Position numbers and translations under genes: made by a program. Source: the human T2T-CHM13v2.0 reference genome, Homo sapiens. Taken from it: DNA of 64,000 nucleotides. The notes below the pieces were generated by a model. It saw only the letters and a program-made list of their open reading frames with translations, made no database searches and was not told the DNA's origin. Shown here in pieces: positions 34,014-47,404 of this stretch; positions within the stretch are counted from its first letter, which is position 1, and each line of letters begins with the position of its first letter. The stretch lies in NCBI RefSeq assembly GCF_009914755.1, contig NC_060927.1. One strand, 5' to 3'.

Positions 34014-35085
34014 TATTGGTGGAACCTGCCCCCCAATATTTCAATGTAGGTTCTTTCTGTTTTCCATAAGTGTCAGCCAGCTGAGAAATAAAGAGAGACA
34101 CTACAAAGAGAGGAATTTTACAGCTGGGCCACTGGGGGTGACATTACATATCAGTAGGACCATGATGCCCCCTGAGTCTCAGACCAGCAAGTTCTTAATT
34201 AAGGGTTTCAAAAGGGGAGGCAGTGTAAGAACAGGGAGTAGGTACAAAGATCACATGCGTCAAAGGGCAAAAAGCAGAACTACTACTAAGGGTCTAAAAA
34301 AGATCACATGCTTCTGAGGGAACAGGACAAAGGGCAAAAGCAGAACTACTGATAAGGGTCCAGCAAAGATCACAAAGCAAAGGGCAAAAGCAGAACCACT
34401 GATAAGGGTCTACGTTCATTGGCGCATGTATTGTCTTGATAAACATCTTAAACAACAGAAAACAGAAAACAAGAGAACCAGTCTGACCACAGATTTACCA
34501 GGGCAGAGTTTTCCTCCACCCTAGTAAGGCTTTGGGTACTACAGGAGACCAGGGCGTATCTCAGTCCTTATCTCAACTGCGTAAGACAGACATTCCCAAA
34601 GCGGCCATTTATAGACCTCCCCCCAGGAGTGCATTCCTTTCCCAGGGTATTAATATTCCTTGCTAGGAAAAGAATTTAGTGATATCCCTCCTACCTGCAC
34701 ATCCTTTTATAGACTCTCTGCAAGAAGAAACATATGGCTCTTTTTGCCTGACCCTGCAGGCAGTCAGACCTTATGGTTGTCTTCCCTTTTTCCCTAAAAA
34801 TCACTGTTATTCTCTTCTTTTTCAAGGTGCACTGATTTCATATTGTTGAAACACACATGTTTTAAAATCAATTTGTACAGTTAACACAGTTATCACAGTG
34901 GTCCTGAGGTGATGTACATCCTTAGCTTATTAATATAACAGGATTAAGAGAGTAAAGACAGGCATAAGAAATTATAAAAGTATTATTTGGGAACTGATAA
35001 ATGTCCATAAAATCTTCACAATTTATGTTCCTCTGCCACAGCTCCAGCCAGTCCCTCCATTTGGGGTCCCTGACTTCCCACAACA
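34014..35085 (-). mobile_element. Solo MER11 LTR (HERV-K11/HML-8)
   Basis: Minus strand starts TGTTGTGGGAAGTCAGGGACCCC; three internal AAAGGGCAAAAGCAGAAC(T/C)ACT repeats; flanks AGAAG/AGAAA. Confidence 0.92.
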
Positions 35086-35787
35086 AGAAATAATAAGAGG
35101 TTAAGGTGGAGAAGAGCAGGGAAGTCCACTTTATAAAGGGGTCAGGAAAGAGCTCTCTGTGGAAGCACCATTTTAGCTGAGACCTAAAGGATGGTCTAAT
35201 TTGGGGAGGTGCAGAGGAAAATCATTCCAGGCTGAAGCAGCAAGTGCAAAGGCCCTGTTGTGGAAAAAGGTTTGAAAGTCCAACAAAACAAAAGGAGGCC
35301 AGAGTGGCTGAAATAGAGTAGGCCAAGGGGAGGAGATAGGAGAGGGCTGGAGAGGCGGCAGGATCAGGCAGAAGACTCAGGGTCTTGATTTTATTCTATG
35401 TGCCATGGGCAGGAAAGGCAAGGGTGAGACTCAATGGACACCTTAAGATCACTGAAGCTGCCAGGTGGGAAATGGATTGCTGAGCATCGAGAGTAGGTGC
35501 AGAGGACCAGTTAAGACCAGTTAGGAGGCTGCTGCTGTAGCCCAGCTGGGATAGCAGTGCCCTAGGCAAAGATAACGACAGTGAAGTTAAAGAGAGTGGA
35601 CAAGTTGGGTAAAGTTTAGAATCACAGGACTTGCTGACTGGAGAAGAGGGCAAAAGCAGAGTTAGCACAACACATGAGTTATGACCACCTTGAGCAGCTC
35701 AGCAGGGGGTGGTGCCATTTACAGAACAGAGATGGCATGGACAGAGCCCATGGAGAAGGAGGAGGAAAAAGAGAGTTTGGTTTTGGG

Positions 35788-36097
35788 TTTTTTTTTTAAG
35801 ACAGGGTCTCTGGCTCTGTCACCCAGGCTGGAGTGCATTGGTGCGATCATAGCTCTTTACAGCCTCAAACTCCTGGGCTCAAGTGATCCTCCTGCCTCAG
35901 CCTCCCAAGTAGCAGGATTACAGATCCTACAGATGCACTTCACCATGCCTAGCTAATTTTTTTTTTTTTTTTTTTTTTTGGTAGATAGGGAGTCTCACTG
36001 TGTTTTCCAGGCTGGCTTCAAACTCCTGGCCTCAAGTAATCCTCCTGCCTCAGCCTCCCATAGCACTGGGGTTACAGCCATCACCTACCACTCCAAG
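35788..36097 (-). mobile_element. AluJ
   Basis: Reverse dimer; GAGTTTGG(T/C)TTTGG on both flanks. Confidence 0.88.
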
Positions 36098-37134
36098 CCA
36101 TGAGTTTGGCTTTGGATGTAACAAGATGGAGGTGTTCATGAGTTCACAAGTGGAAAAAACAAGAAAGAAGTTGAGTGTTTAAGACTGCTGTTTGAAGGAG
36201 AAGTCTAGCCTCAAGACAAAAGTTCAGGACTCATAAGCTGAGAAATGGCACTGAAAATTATGCAAAGGGATGAGCTCAGCTAGCAAACAAGTCCAGAGAG
36301 AGCAGAAAGTCCAGAGAGAGCAGCACTGGGCCATGCACCTGGCCTAATGCCACCCCACTCCTCCCAATCCCTGTGTTATGCTGGAGAGGGTTCAGCCTCT
36401 GGTGAGTTTCACCAAACCCCCACATCTTATTCTTCTGAGACCGTCTTTAAAATCCCCTCTTTTATACTTAGTGAAATGGGATTCTCTTTTTCCCATCCAG
36501 CTTAAGCAAAAACTTTTGACTATGAAAGGAATGAGGATGCATTTAATATCTGCTCTGCATGGCTAATTCCATCAAAGATTTCTCATTATTCATGCCTGGC
36601 AGTCTCATTTTCTTCTTTCGCCTCTCAGAGCATAGTCATAGCCTTAATTAGTGACCTTTTCACCCTTCTAACACCAGTGATTTTCCCCCATCTCAGTTCT
36701 CAGGAAGTTCTGTTCACAGAATTATCTCCTGAATCCTCACCTGGGGATAGAAATTGTTCTCTGTGGCCGTGTCTCCCCCTCTAATTCTCATCAAAAAACA
36801 GTGATCTCTGTGCATCAAATATGAAACTCAAGCTTAACAGATCATGCTTCTGGCTTCTCTCTCTCTCTGGCCTGTGGGTTAACAGGTTTGCAGCCTTTGC
36901 AGAGAAGACACCAAATTCTCAAGAGGCCAGAGTTTCCAAGAGTGCTGGTCACTCTTGCTCTCTTTCTCCTGCTCAAAATTCAGCACTAGAGAGTGTTACA
37001 CCATTGCACCTGCAGAGGAGTTCATCTGACTCTAGGGACTACAGAGGAGAGAGACAGACAAACTAACAGACATTCAGAAAAGGGCTACCACAATGGGGAA
37101 GAAAATGAAAGTCAAACCAAATAAGCAATGGTCA

Positions 37135-37708
<574 letters not shown>

Positions 37709-37744
37709 TTATGCCCATTTGCTACATATTGTCTATGGCTGCTG

Positions 37745-38139
37745 GATTAGGCTGTTCTCTCATGCTATAAAGAAATACCTGAGATTGGGTAATGTATAAA
37801 GAAAAGAGGTTTAATTGGCTCACAGTTTTGTAGACTGTACAGGGAAGCATAACACTGACATCAGCTGAGCTTCTGTGGAGGCCTCAGGAAACTTACAATC
37901 ATGGCAGAAGGTGAAGTGGGAGCAAGAGAGTGAGGAGGGAGGTGCTACACACTCGTAAACAACCAGATCTTGCAAGAACTCACTTACTATTGCAAGGACA
38001 GGACCAAAGGGATGATGGTAAATCATTCATGAGAAATCCACCCCCATGATCCAATCTCTTCCCACCAGGCCCCACCTCTAAAACTGGGTATTACATTGCA
38101 ACATGAGATTTGGGCGGGGACACATATTCAACCTATATC
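37745..38139 (-). mobile_element. MST-type MaLR solo LTR inside a MER58-like element (about 37625-38252)
   Basis: GCTATAAAGAAATACCTGAGA...GAAAAGAGGTTTAATTGGCTCACAG...CAACCTATATCA; GCTG(C/G) flanks. Confidence 0.8.
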
Positions 38140-39000
38140 AGCTGCTTTCATGCTATGGGTGGCAGAGTTGAGTAACTACTACAAGAGACTGTATGGCCCA
38201 AGAATTGTAAAATATTTACTATCTGATGCTTTCAAGAAAGTTTGCAAAGCCTGCTCTTGAAAAGGAATGGAAGGAAGAGGAGAGGAGGAAGGCAGGAAGG
38301 AGCAGAGAGGGACACGGGGCTGTATTCAAACATCTGTTGTTAAGAAAGAGAAATTCAATTTATTTGGCATGGCCCAAGTTATCAAACTAGGAGCACTCCA
38401 TTGAAGTTTCAGAACAAACACTGTGCTGAATATAAGGATGACCCCATCTGTAATGCCTAACCTTGTTTTTACTAACTTTGTTGGTAGACTTTCCTTTTCT
38501 TTTAATCACTTAGCCTTGTTTCTACCTGAATTGACTTTCTTTTAGCTAAGAGAGCTAGATAGACTTTGTCTTGGCTTTTTCACTGGCAGCCCCTTCCTCA
38601 AGGACTTAACTTGTGCAAGCTGACTCTTAGCACCTCTAAGAATGCAATTAAGTGATAAGATACTGTGGGACGAGCAATATCCGCAGTTACTAGGAATTTG
38701 TCTGATTGATAACACCCAAAGCCCCGCGTCTATCACTTTGTAATAGTCTTAAAGCCCTTAGACCTAGAATTGTTTACTTTCCTGTAACAATTTATCCTTT
38801 TAACTTCTTTGCCTACTTCTGTAAAATTGTTTTAACTAGACCCCTTTCCCCTTTCTAAACTAAAGTATAAATGAAAATCTAGCCCCTTCTTCAGGGCCGA
38901 GAGAACTTTAAGCATTAGCTGTATCTTGGCCACCGGCTAAATAGACTCATAATTCGTCTCAAAGTGTGGCATTTTCTCTAACTCGCTCAAGTACAACATT

Positions 39001-39018
39001 TGGAGGCCCCAGTGAGAA
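39001..39018 (+). promoter_or_regulatory. Primer binding site complementary to tRNA-Thr
   Basis: TGGAGGCCCCAGTGAGA two bases after the 5' LTR; complements a tRNA-Thr 3' end (TCTCGCTGGGGCCTCCA) with one mismatch. Confidence 0.85.
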
Positions 39019-40804
39019 ACGCCACCAGGCGAGAGCCAGGCTTGCTCCGGCCCCCCCCGGAAGAACGGCCGGATTGTAGTGGGGGCGCCACTTGAAAAAA
39101 AATTTTCAGGTCCCTGAAAGGTGACCGTCTTCCAGAGGAAAGCGGATCGACTACCGTGTGGGTGCCCACAAAAATTCCACCTCTGAGTCCTCAACTTCTG
39201 ACCCTGAGGTCAGGTAGGTCAGATTTGACTTCAGTTCTAGTAAGAGGGAAGCGGCCCTTATGAGGGCATCCCTCTTTTGACTCTGCCCATTTCTCTAGGA
39301 CGCTAGAAGGCAGAGCCCTGGTTTTCTGTTAGGCACCTCTGTGTCTCTGTCTAGGAGGGAAGTGGCCCTGATAGGGGCCCTCCCTTGACTCAGTCCACAT
39401 CCCAGGATGCTGGAGGACTGAGTCCTGGTTTCTGGCAGACCGGTCACTCTCTCTCTCGCTCTCTTTTTCTATCTCTCATCTTTCTCTTGTTCCAGTTTCT
39501 TGAAGAATCTCCAAGAAAGAAAAAAAAACTGTTTTAAACTCTGTGTGAATAATGAATGAATGAGGGAGGACAAGGGCTTGCGCTTGTCCTCCAGTTTGTA
39601 GCTCCACGGCGAAAGCTACGGAGTTCAAGTGGGCCCTCACCTGCGATTCCGTGGCGACCTCTTAAGGCTTAAGGACAGCATCAGGCATAGCTCGATCTGA
39701 GCCGGAAGTTTATACCGGGCTGCCAATGCTAAGAGGAGCCCAAGTCCCCTCAGGGGGAGCGGCCAGGCAGGCATCTGACTGATCCCATCACAGGACCCCC
39801 TCCCCTTGTCTGTCTAAAAAAAAAAAAAAAAGGAAGAAACTTTCATAACTGTTTACATGCCCTAAAGTCAATTGTTTATGTTGATTGTTCTGTTCAGTGT
39901 CTACTGTCTTGTTAGTAGTTGTCAAAGTTTTGCATGTCAAGACGTTGATATTGCCCAAGACATCTAAGTAAAAACTTCTTCAAAGTCCTTAGTGCTGATT
40001 TTTTTGTCACAGGAGGTTAAATTTCTCATCAATCGTTTAGGCTGGCCACCACAGTCCTGTCTTTTCTGCCAGAAGCAAGTCAAGTGTTGTTACAAGAACA
40101 AGAGTGAAAAACATTTGCCTGATTAAGATTTCTAGCACCATGAAAGTTGTAAGTATTTAGATTGTCACACCCTACATCCAAGTGATTAGACCTCCTCTAA
40201 TCTAAACCAGTAGTAAGTTCAAAACAGCCACCCTGCAGATTTCCTTGCTCACCTCTTTTGTCATTCTGTAACTTTTCCTGTGCCCTGAAATAGAACGCAC
40301 ACCCGTACTACTTTACTTCATCGAGATTCTTACTCTGTTCCTCTGTGGCTACTCTCCCATCTTAAAAATGATCTGAGTAGTCCTTTACGCGTCGTTCCTG
40401 CCCCCTACCCTGCACATCTCATTTTCCGGTGTGACAGCAAGTTCAGCATCTCCATGACTTTGCTCTGCTCTCACTCCTTAAACCCTTAAAAGAAAAAGCT
40501 AAGCCTAAGCTATTTGCCTTTAAGTCATAAAGACACCAGAAGTATTTAAAGTACAGATCTAGAAGAAGAAGAACGCCTAGATCAAACTGACCCAGAAGAT
40601 CTCAGGCTGGCTCTAGTCCTCCTCCCTCAATCTTAAAGCTACAGTAATGTAGCAAGTAGTATGAGCTGTTGTAGTTTTTCTGCTCTTTCTAGTCATGTTG
40701 ATTCTGTTCTTTCAATACTCCAGTCCCCCAAGAAATAAGTTTCTCTGTCCATGTTAGGTTTAATATTTATGCTCAAATCTTATTAAATTGCCTTCAAAAA
40801 AAAA

Positions 40805-42150
40805 AAAAGAAACACTTCCTCCCAGACTTGTAAAAGTTAAAGCCCTCTCCAATGTGTGCTGCAGAATTTTCCTCTCAGTTTCTCAGAGGATTATAAAGTC
40901 CGCCTTGAAACAGGCAAGCTCCAGACACTCTGCAAAATAAAATGGCCAAAGTTTAAAGTCCAGTGGCCCCCTGAAGGGTCATTGAACCTCACAATTGTTC
41001 AAGCTGTGTGGCCGGTTGTTACTAAAACTCCTAGCCACCCTGATCAGTTTCCCTACATTGATCAATAGCTAAGTTTAGTCAGGAGCCCCCTCCATGGCTC
41101 CGCTCATGCGCCATTCATAATTCTACCTCCAAGGTCCTCCTAAGCCATACCGCCTTTTCATCTCGACCCTCAGCCGGTTTGGCTTCTCCTGTACTGCCTC
41201 CCTCTGAAGAAGGGGGGAGTCTCCCTCACCCAGTCCCACCGCCTTACAACCAGCCTGCTCCCTTAAAGTTATCCCATGTCTCCTCGACGACGTCCCCTGT
41301 AGACTCGCCACCCATTGCCTCTCAATCGCGACCGTGACAGGAAGAAGTAGCCCCTCTACTACCACTGAGAGAGGCACAAGTCCCTCCAGGTGACGAGCGC
41401 TCAGCCCCCTTCTTAGTTTATGTCCCTTTTTCTACTTCTGACTTATATAATTAGAAAACCCATAATCCTCCCTTCTCTGAAAAGCCCCAGGCTTTGACCT
41501 CTCTGATAGAGTCCGTACTCCGGACTCACCCGCCCACCTAAGATGATTGCCAACAGCTCCTTTTAACCCTTTTCACCTCTGAAAAGAAAGAACGTATCCA
41601 AAAAGAAGCCAAAAAGTACTTCCTCACATCAGCCAATGGACTGGAAGGAGAAGCTAGAGACCTCCTTGAGGAGGTCTTTCCCTCTACCCGGCCTAACTGG
41701 GACCCAAATTCCTCAAGTAGAAAGAGAGCTTTAGACGATTTTCACCGGTATCTCCTCGCAAGTATTAAAAGAGCCACTCAGAAACCCATAAACTTGTCTA
41801 AGACCACCGAAGTTGTCCAAAGGCCCGATAAGTCACCAAGAACGTTTTAGAGCGCCTCCAGGAGGCTTATCGGATTTACACCCCTTTTGACCCGGCAGCT
41901 CCCAAAAATAGCCGTGCTCTTAATTTAGCATTTGTGGCTCAGGCAGCCCCGGATATTAAAAAAGAAACTCCAAAAACTAGAAAGATTTGCTAGAATAAAT
42001 ATCAGTCAGCTTTTAGAAATAGCCCAAAAAGCTTTTGACCATCAAAAGGTTAAAAAACAAAAACAAGCAACACAGGCAGCTGAAAAGGCCACTGATAAAG
42101 CATTCAAAAGACAAACAAAAATATTAGTGGCGGCTATCCAAGAAGTACAG
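40805..42150 (+). pseudogene. gag: HERV-T gag remnant (MA through CA; NC missing)
   Basis: WPPEGSLNLTIVQAVW...HPDQFPYIDQ*, PPPY late-domain motif near 41236, YVPFSTSDLYN*KTHNPPFSEKPQ, PT*DDCQQLLLTLFTSE. Confidence 0.9.
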
Positions 42151-42167
42151 AATGAAATATCCCGTTA

Positions 42168-44240
42168 ATTTAGCATTAACTGAAGCCCCTGCTTTAGCCC
42201 TCCCTAATATCTCCATAAAAACCAAGGAGTTGCTAAAGAGGTGCTTACTCAGGCTTTAAGACCCTAAAGACGCCCAGTGGCCTATTTATCTAAGAGGCTA
42301 GATCCTGTGGCCTCTAGATGGCCAAGTTGTCTGCGAGCCGTAGAGGCTACAGCAAGCCTAGTCCAAGAAGATGATAAGTTAACTCTAAGCCAAAATTTAA
42401 CCCTTACAGCTCCTCATGCTGTAAAGACCTTACTACGAAGTGCTTCTGGCAAATAGATGTCAAATGCTCACATCTTGCAGTGTCAGTTAGATCAGCCTCG
42501 TTTGACTTTCTCTCCCACAAAGTGTTTCAATCCAGCCACACTACTTCCTGACCCAGACTGCACTATTCCTGCTCATGACTGTCAAGAACTGTTAGAAACT
42601 ATCCAAACTGGCCCATCTGATCTTCAAGATGTGCCCCTAGAAAAGGCAGATGCCGCCGTGTTCACAGACAGTAGCAGCTTCCTCAAGCAGGAAGTATGAA
42701 AAGCCAGTGCAGCTGTTACCATGGAGACAGATGTGTTGTAAGCTCACGCTTTACCAGCGAACACCTCAGCACAAAAGGCTGAATTGATCACCCTCACTCA
42801 GGCTCTCCGATAAAGTAGAATAAACGTATTAACATTTACAGTGACAGCAAGTATGCCTTTGCTACTGTGCATGTACGTAAAGCCATCTACCAGGAAGGCA
42901 GGCTACTCACCTCAGCAGGTAGCTGTGATCCACTGCAAAGGACATCAAAAAGAAAATACGGCCGTTGCCCATAGTAACCAGAAAGCTGATTCAGCAGCTC
43001 AGGTCGCAGCGCAACTTCAGTCATGCCTCTAAACTTGCTGCCCATAGTCTCCTTTCCACAGCCAGATCTGCCTGACAATCCCGTATACTCAACAACAACA
43101 AAAAAAAACTGGCTTCAGATCTCAGAGCCAATAAAAATCAGGAAAGTTAGTAGATTCTTCCTGACTCTAGAATCTTCATATCCTGAACTCTTAAAGAAAC
43201 TTTAATCAGTCACCTACAGTCTACCACCCACTTAAAAAGAGCAAAGCTACCTCAGCTCCTCAGGAGCCATTTTAAGATCCCCCATCTTCAAAGCCTAACA
43301 GATTAAGCAGCTCTCCAGTGCACAACCTGCGCCCAAGTAAATGCCAAACAAAGTCCTAAACCCAGCCTAGGCCACTGTCTCTGAAAAAACTCGCCAAGAA
43401 AAAAGTAAGAAATTGACTTTACAGAAGTAAAACCACACCGGGCTAAGTACAAATACCTTCTAGTACTAGTAGACACCTTCTCCAGATAGACTAAGGCATT
43501 TGCTACTGAAAACGAAACTACCAACACAGTAGTTAAGTTTTTACGCAATGAAATCAACCCCCAATATACGCTGCCTGCTGCTATAAAGTCTGATAATAGA
43601 GCAGCCTTTACCTCGCCTATAGCTCAGTCAGTCAGTAAGGCGTTAAACATTCAATAGAAGCTCCATTGTGCCTATCAACCCCAGAGCTCCAGGCAAGTAG
43701 AACGCATGAACCACACCCTAAAAAACACTCTTACAAAATTAATCTTAAAAACCAGTGTAAATTAAGTAAGTCTCCTTCCTTTAGCCCTACTTAAAGTAAG
43801 GTGCACCCCTTACTAGGCTAAGTTCTCACCCTTTGAAATCATGTATAAGAAGGCGCTGCCTATCTTGCCTAAGCTAAGAGATACCAAATTAGCAGAATTA
43901 TCACAAACTAATTTATTACAGTACCTGTAGTCTCTCCAACAGGTACAAGAGATCATCCTGCCACTTGCTCGAGGAGCCCATCCCAATCCAATTCCTGACC
44001 AGACAAAGTCCTGCCATTCATTCCAGCCAGGAGACCTAGTGTTTGTTAAAAAGTTCCAAGAAGAAAGACTCACTCCTGCTTAGAAAAGACCTCACACCGT
44101 CATCCTCACGACTCCAACTGCTCTGAAAGTAGACAGCCTTCCTGCTTAGATTCATCACTCCCGCATCAAAAAGGCCAACAGAGCCCAGCTAAAAACATAA
44201 GTCCCCAGGCCTAAGTCAGGCCCCTTAAAACTGCACCTAA
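42168..44240 (+). pseudogene. pol: HERV-T pol remnant (RT connection, RNase H, integrase; PR and RT polymerase domain deleted)
   Basis: [90 protein letters not shown]. Confidence 0.9.
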
Positions 44241-44244
44241 CTCA

Positions 44245-45290
44245 GGTGAAGCCATTAGATTCATTCTTTTTATCTACCTCACTTATTTGTTTTTGCCAGT
44301 TACATCCTCCGTGCCTTCCTACTCCTTTCTCCTCACCTCTTTCACAACAGGACGTGTATTTGCAAACACCACTTGGAAGGCCAGTACCTCCAAGGAAGTC
44401 TCCTTTGCAGTTGATTTATTTGTACTGTTCCCAAAGCCAGCCCATACCCATGAAAAGCAACACAATCTGTCAGTCCCAGGAGCAGGAAGTGTCGACCTTG
44501 CAGCAAGATTCAGACACTCCAAGAGCCAAACTAAATGTAGGAGCTCCAAAAGTGCAGAAAAAAGACTCCAAAATATTGACTTTTACCTCTGTCCTAGAAA
44601 TCACCCTGACACTAGCTGTCAAGATGCTTATCAGTTTTTCTGCCCTGATTAGACATGTGTAACTTTAGCCACCTACTCTAAAAGATCAACCAGATCTTCA
44701 ACTGTTTCCATAAGTCGTGCTTCTCATCCTAAATTATGTACTAGAAAAAATTGTAATCCTCTTACTGTAACTGTCCATGACCTTAATTCAACTCAATAGT
44801 ATCATGGCATGGCATGTCATGAAGATTAAGATTTTATATCCCAGGATTTAATGTTAAGTCTATGTTCACCATCCAAAAAAACCCTAGTCTCATAAAGCCC
44901 ACCCAAGCCAATCAGATCTTTAACTGATCTAAGTAACCCTATGTTCCAGAAACACCCTGACAAAGTTGATTTGACTGTTCCTCCACCTTTCTTAGTCATA
45001 AAAGATACACTCCAAAAAGTGCAAGAAAATCTAGACAAGCGCCAACAAGAACAAGAAAATAACATCCCCTAGTATCAAAGCATGTTCAACTAGAACCCAT
45101 AGCTAACCACTCTAATTACTAAGTTAGCCAGACCCCCTCCCCGTCCTACTAATAAGTCTAATATTTGGGCCTTGTATATTAAATTAGTTTCTTAATTTTG
45201 TAAAACAACGCATAGCTTCTGTCAAACTTATGTATCTTAAGACTCAATATAACCCCCTTTTTATAACTGAAGAATCAACGATTTGATTCC
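44245..45290 (+). pseudogene. env: HERV-T env remnant (SU N-terminal part joined to TM C-terminus)
   Basis: DFYLCPRNHPDTSCQDAYQFFCPD; then VIKDTLQKVQENLDKRQ...P*YQSMFN*NP*LTTLI...FGPCILN; furin site, fusion peptide and ISD not seen. Confidence 0.85.
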
Positions 45291-46106
45291 CCAAAAACAC
45301 AAATGAGGAATGTAATGCCCAACCTTGTTTTTACTAACTCTGTCTTTAGACTCTCCCTTTCTTTTAATGACCTAGCCTTGTTTCCACCTGAATTGACTCT
45401 CCCTTAGCTAAGAGAGCCAGACAGACTCCATCTTGGCTCTTTCACTGGCAGCCCCTTCCTCAAGGACTTAACTTGTGCAAGCTGACTCCCAGCACATCGA
45501 AGAATGCAATTAACTGATAAGATACTGTGGTGAGCAATATCCACAGTTCCCAGGAATTCATCTGGTTGATAACGCCCAAAGCCCCGAGTCTATCACCTTA
45601 TAATAGTCTTAAAGGCCCTAGACCTAGAACTGTTTACTTTCCTGTAACAATTTATCCTTTTAACTTTTTTGCCTACTTTACTTATGTAAAATTGTTTTAA
45701 CTAGACCCCCCTCCCCTTTCTAAACCAAAGTATAAAAGAAAATCTTAGCCCCTTCTTCGAAGCCGAGAGAACTTTCAACGTTAGCCGTTTCTTAGCCGCC
45801 GGCTAAATAAACAGACTCTTAATTCATCTCAAAGTGTAGCGTGTTCTCTAGCTCGCTCAAGAACAACACATCTAGCAGGCACGTAATCCACTCTAAAATG
45901 CTGTCCTGGGGTAGTAAAGATGATGTTGCTGGAAATACCCTTAAATGGCATGTGGATGAGTTCCCCCAGAGGCATACATGTTGAGCTACTTTGCTGATGA
46001 AGGGTACAAGTTGAAGGGGTTTTGTAAGGCAGAGTGAGGTTCCTCAGAAGGCTGTTGCTACAGAAAGCCAGGAGGAGAAATTACATGGCCAGATAGAGTG
46101 GCATGA

Positions 46107-46430
<324 letters not shown>

Positions 46431-47404
46431 TGAGGGTCTTCAGCAAAGATGGAAGTTTTGGTACCTTGCAGTTTAATCTCTTCATTTATGTCCTCCTGAA
46501 ATCTTCAGTAATAGCACACTTTGTCAATGCTTCTGGGGTCGTACTTAGGGGGACTTAAAGGAGATGTGATGTGGCAGCCTTTGACTCAAGGGAGTATCAT
46601 ACTAGCTCAAAGAGATCTGGGTACATGCCAGTTGAACCAACTCTTCTGAGGATGTGATAGATCCTGGGAGGCCACTGTGATCCCGCCAACCTTGAGGCCA
46701 GATGAGTCTTTGAAAAACATGGTTTGGCTTAACACCAGCACTTAGTCTAACACCCACCATGAATCTTGCTGAAGTGAAGCTATACAAATACCTTTTCAAA
46801 AGATTTTTTTTCATTTCAGATCCTTCGTAGAAATTCCTAAGGCTCAATGCTGTGTGGAAGTTTCTAAGAAAGAAAATAGTTTCCCATCTTTGGGATTCCC
46901 CTGAGATGGTCCAATCTGCAAAAAGTTCATTGCCATTTCCATCAAGGACACTGAGAACAACAGTCTTATCCGGATTGGATCCTGGGAATTGAGAAGCTTC
47001 AACAAGTGGGAAATGCACCCTCCACAGGTTCACACCCTTGTGGGCTGTTTCAGTTACCTATTGCACCCTAAAATTAGAAACTTTAAACCACCACAAGTCA
47101 TTATTGCTCATGACCCTGTGAGTTGCATGTGGACTTCCTGTCTAGTTTAATCTGGGCTCATTTGTGTGGCTACCTGCAGCTGGAGGGCCAGGTGGGCGGA
47201 ACATCCAGGACAGCCTCACGTGTGTGCCTGGCAGTTGGTGCTGCCTGTCAGCCGGGGAACCTTGTTTTCCTCCATGTGGCCCCTCGCCCTCCAGAGCCCC
47301 TCTCCAAATGGCCCTTTAAGCAGGATAGCCAAGGCTTGATTGGTGCCAGCATCCAAGAGGGCAAAAATATGGAAACTACGAGAGGGTTCTCAAGGCCTAA
47401 GACT

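Larger units (their letters stand above)
38449..45868 (+). mobile_element. HERV-T / HERVS71 provirus, two LTR6A-like LTRs, internally deleted and hypermutated
   Basis: LTRs 38449-38998 and 45311-45868 (TG...CA); 4-bp TSD CATC; gammaretroviral MA, CA, RT-connection, RNase H, IN and env remnants in order. Confidence 0.93.

Noticed and set aside
34260-34412. Three spaced direct repeats resembling a CRISPR-like array
   Set aside because: They are internal repeats of the MER11 LTR in primate DNA; no cas genes.
46602-47033. 143-aa ORF in apparently non-repeat sequence
   Set aside because: No recognisable protein similarity or exon structure.
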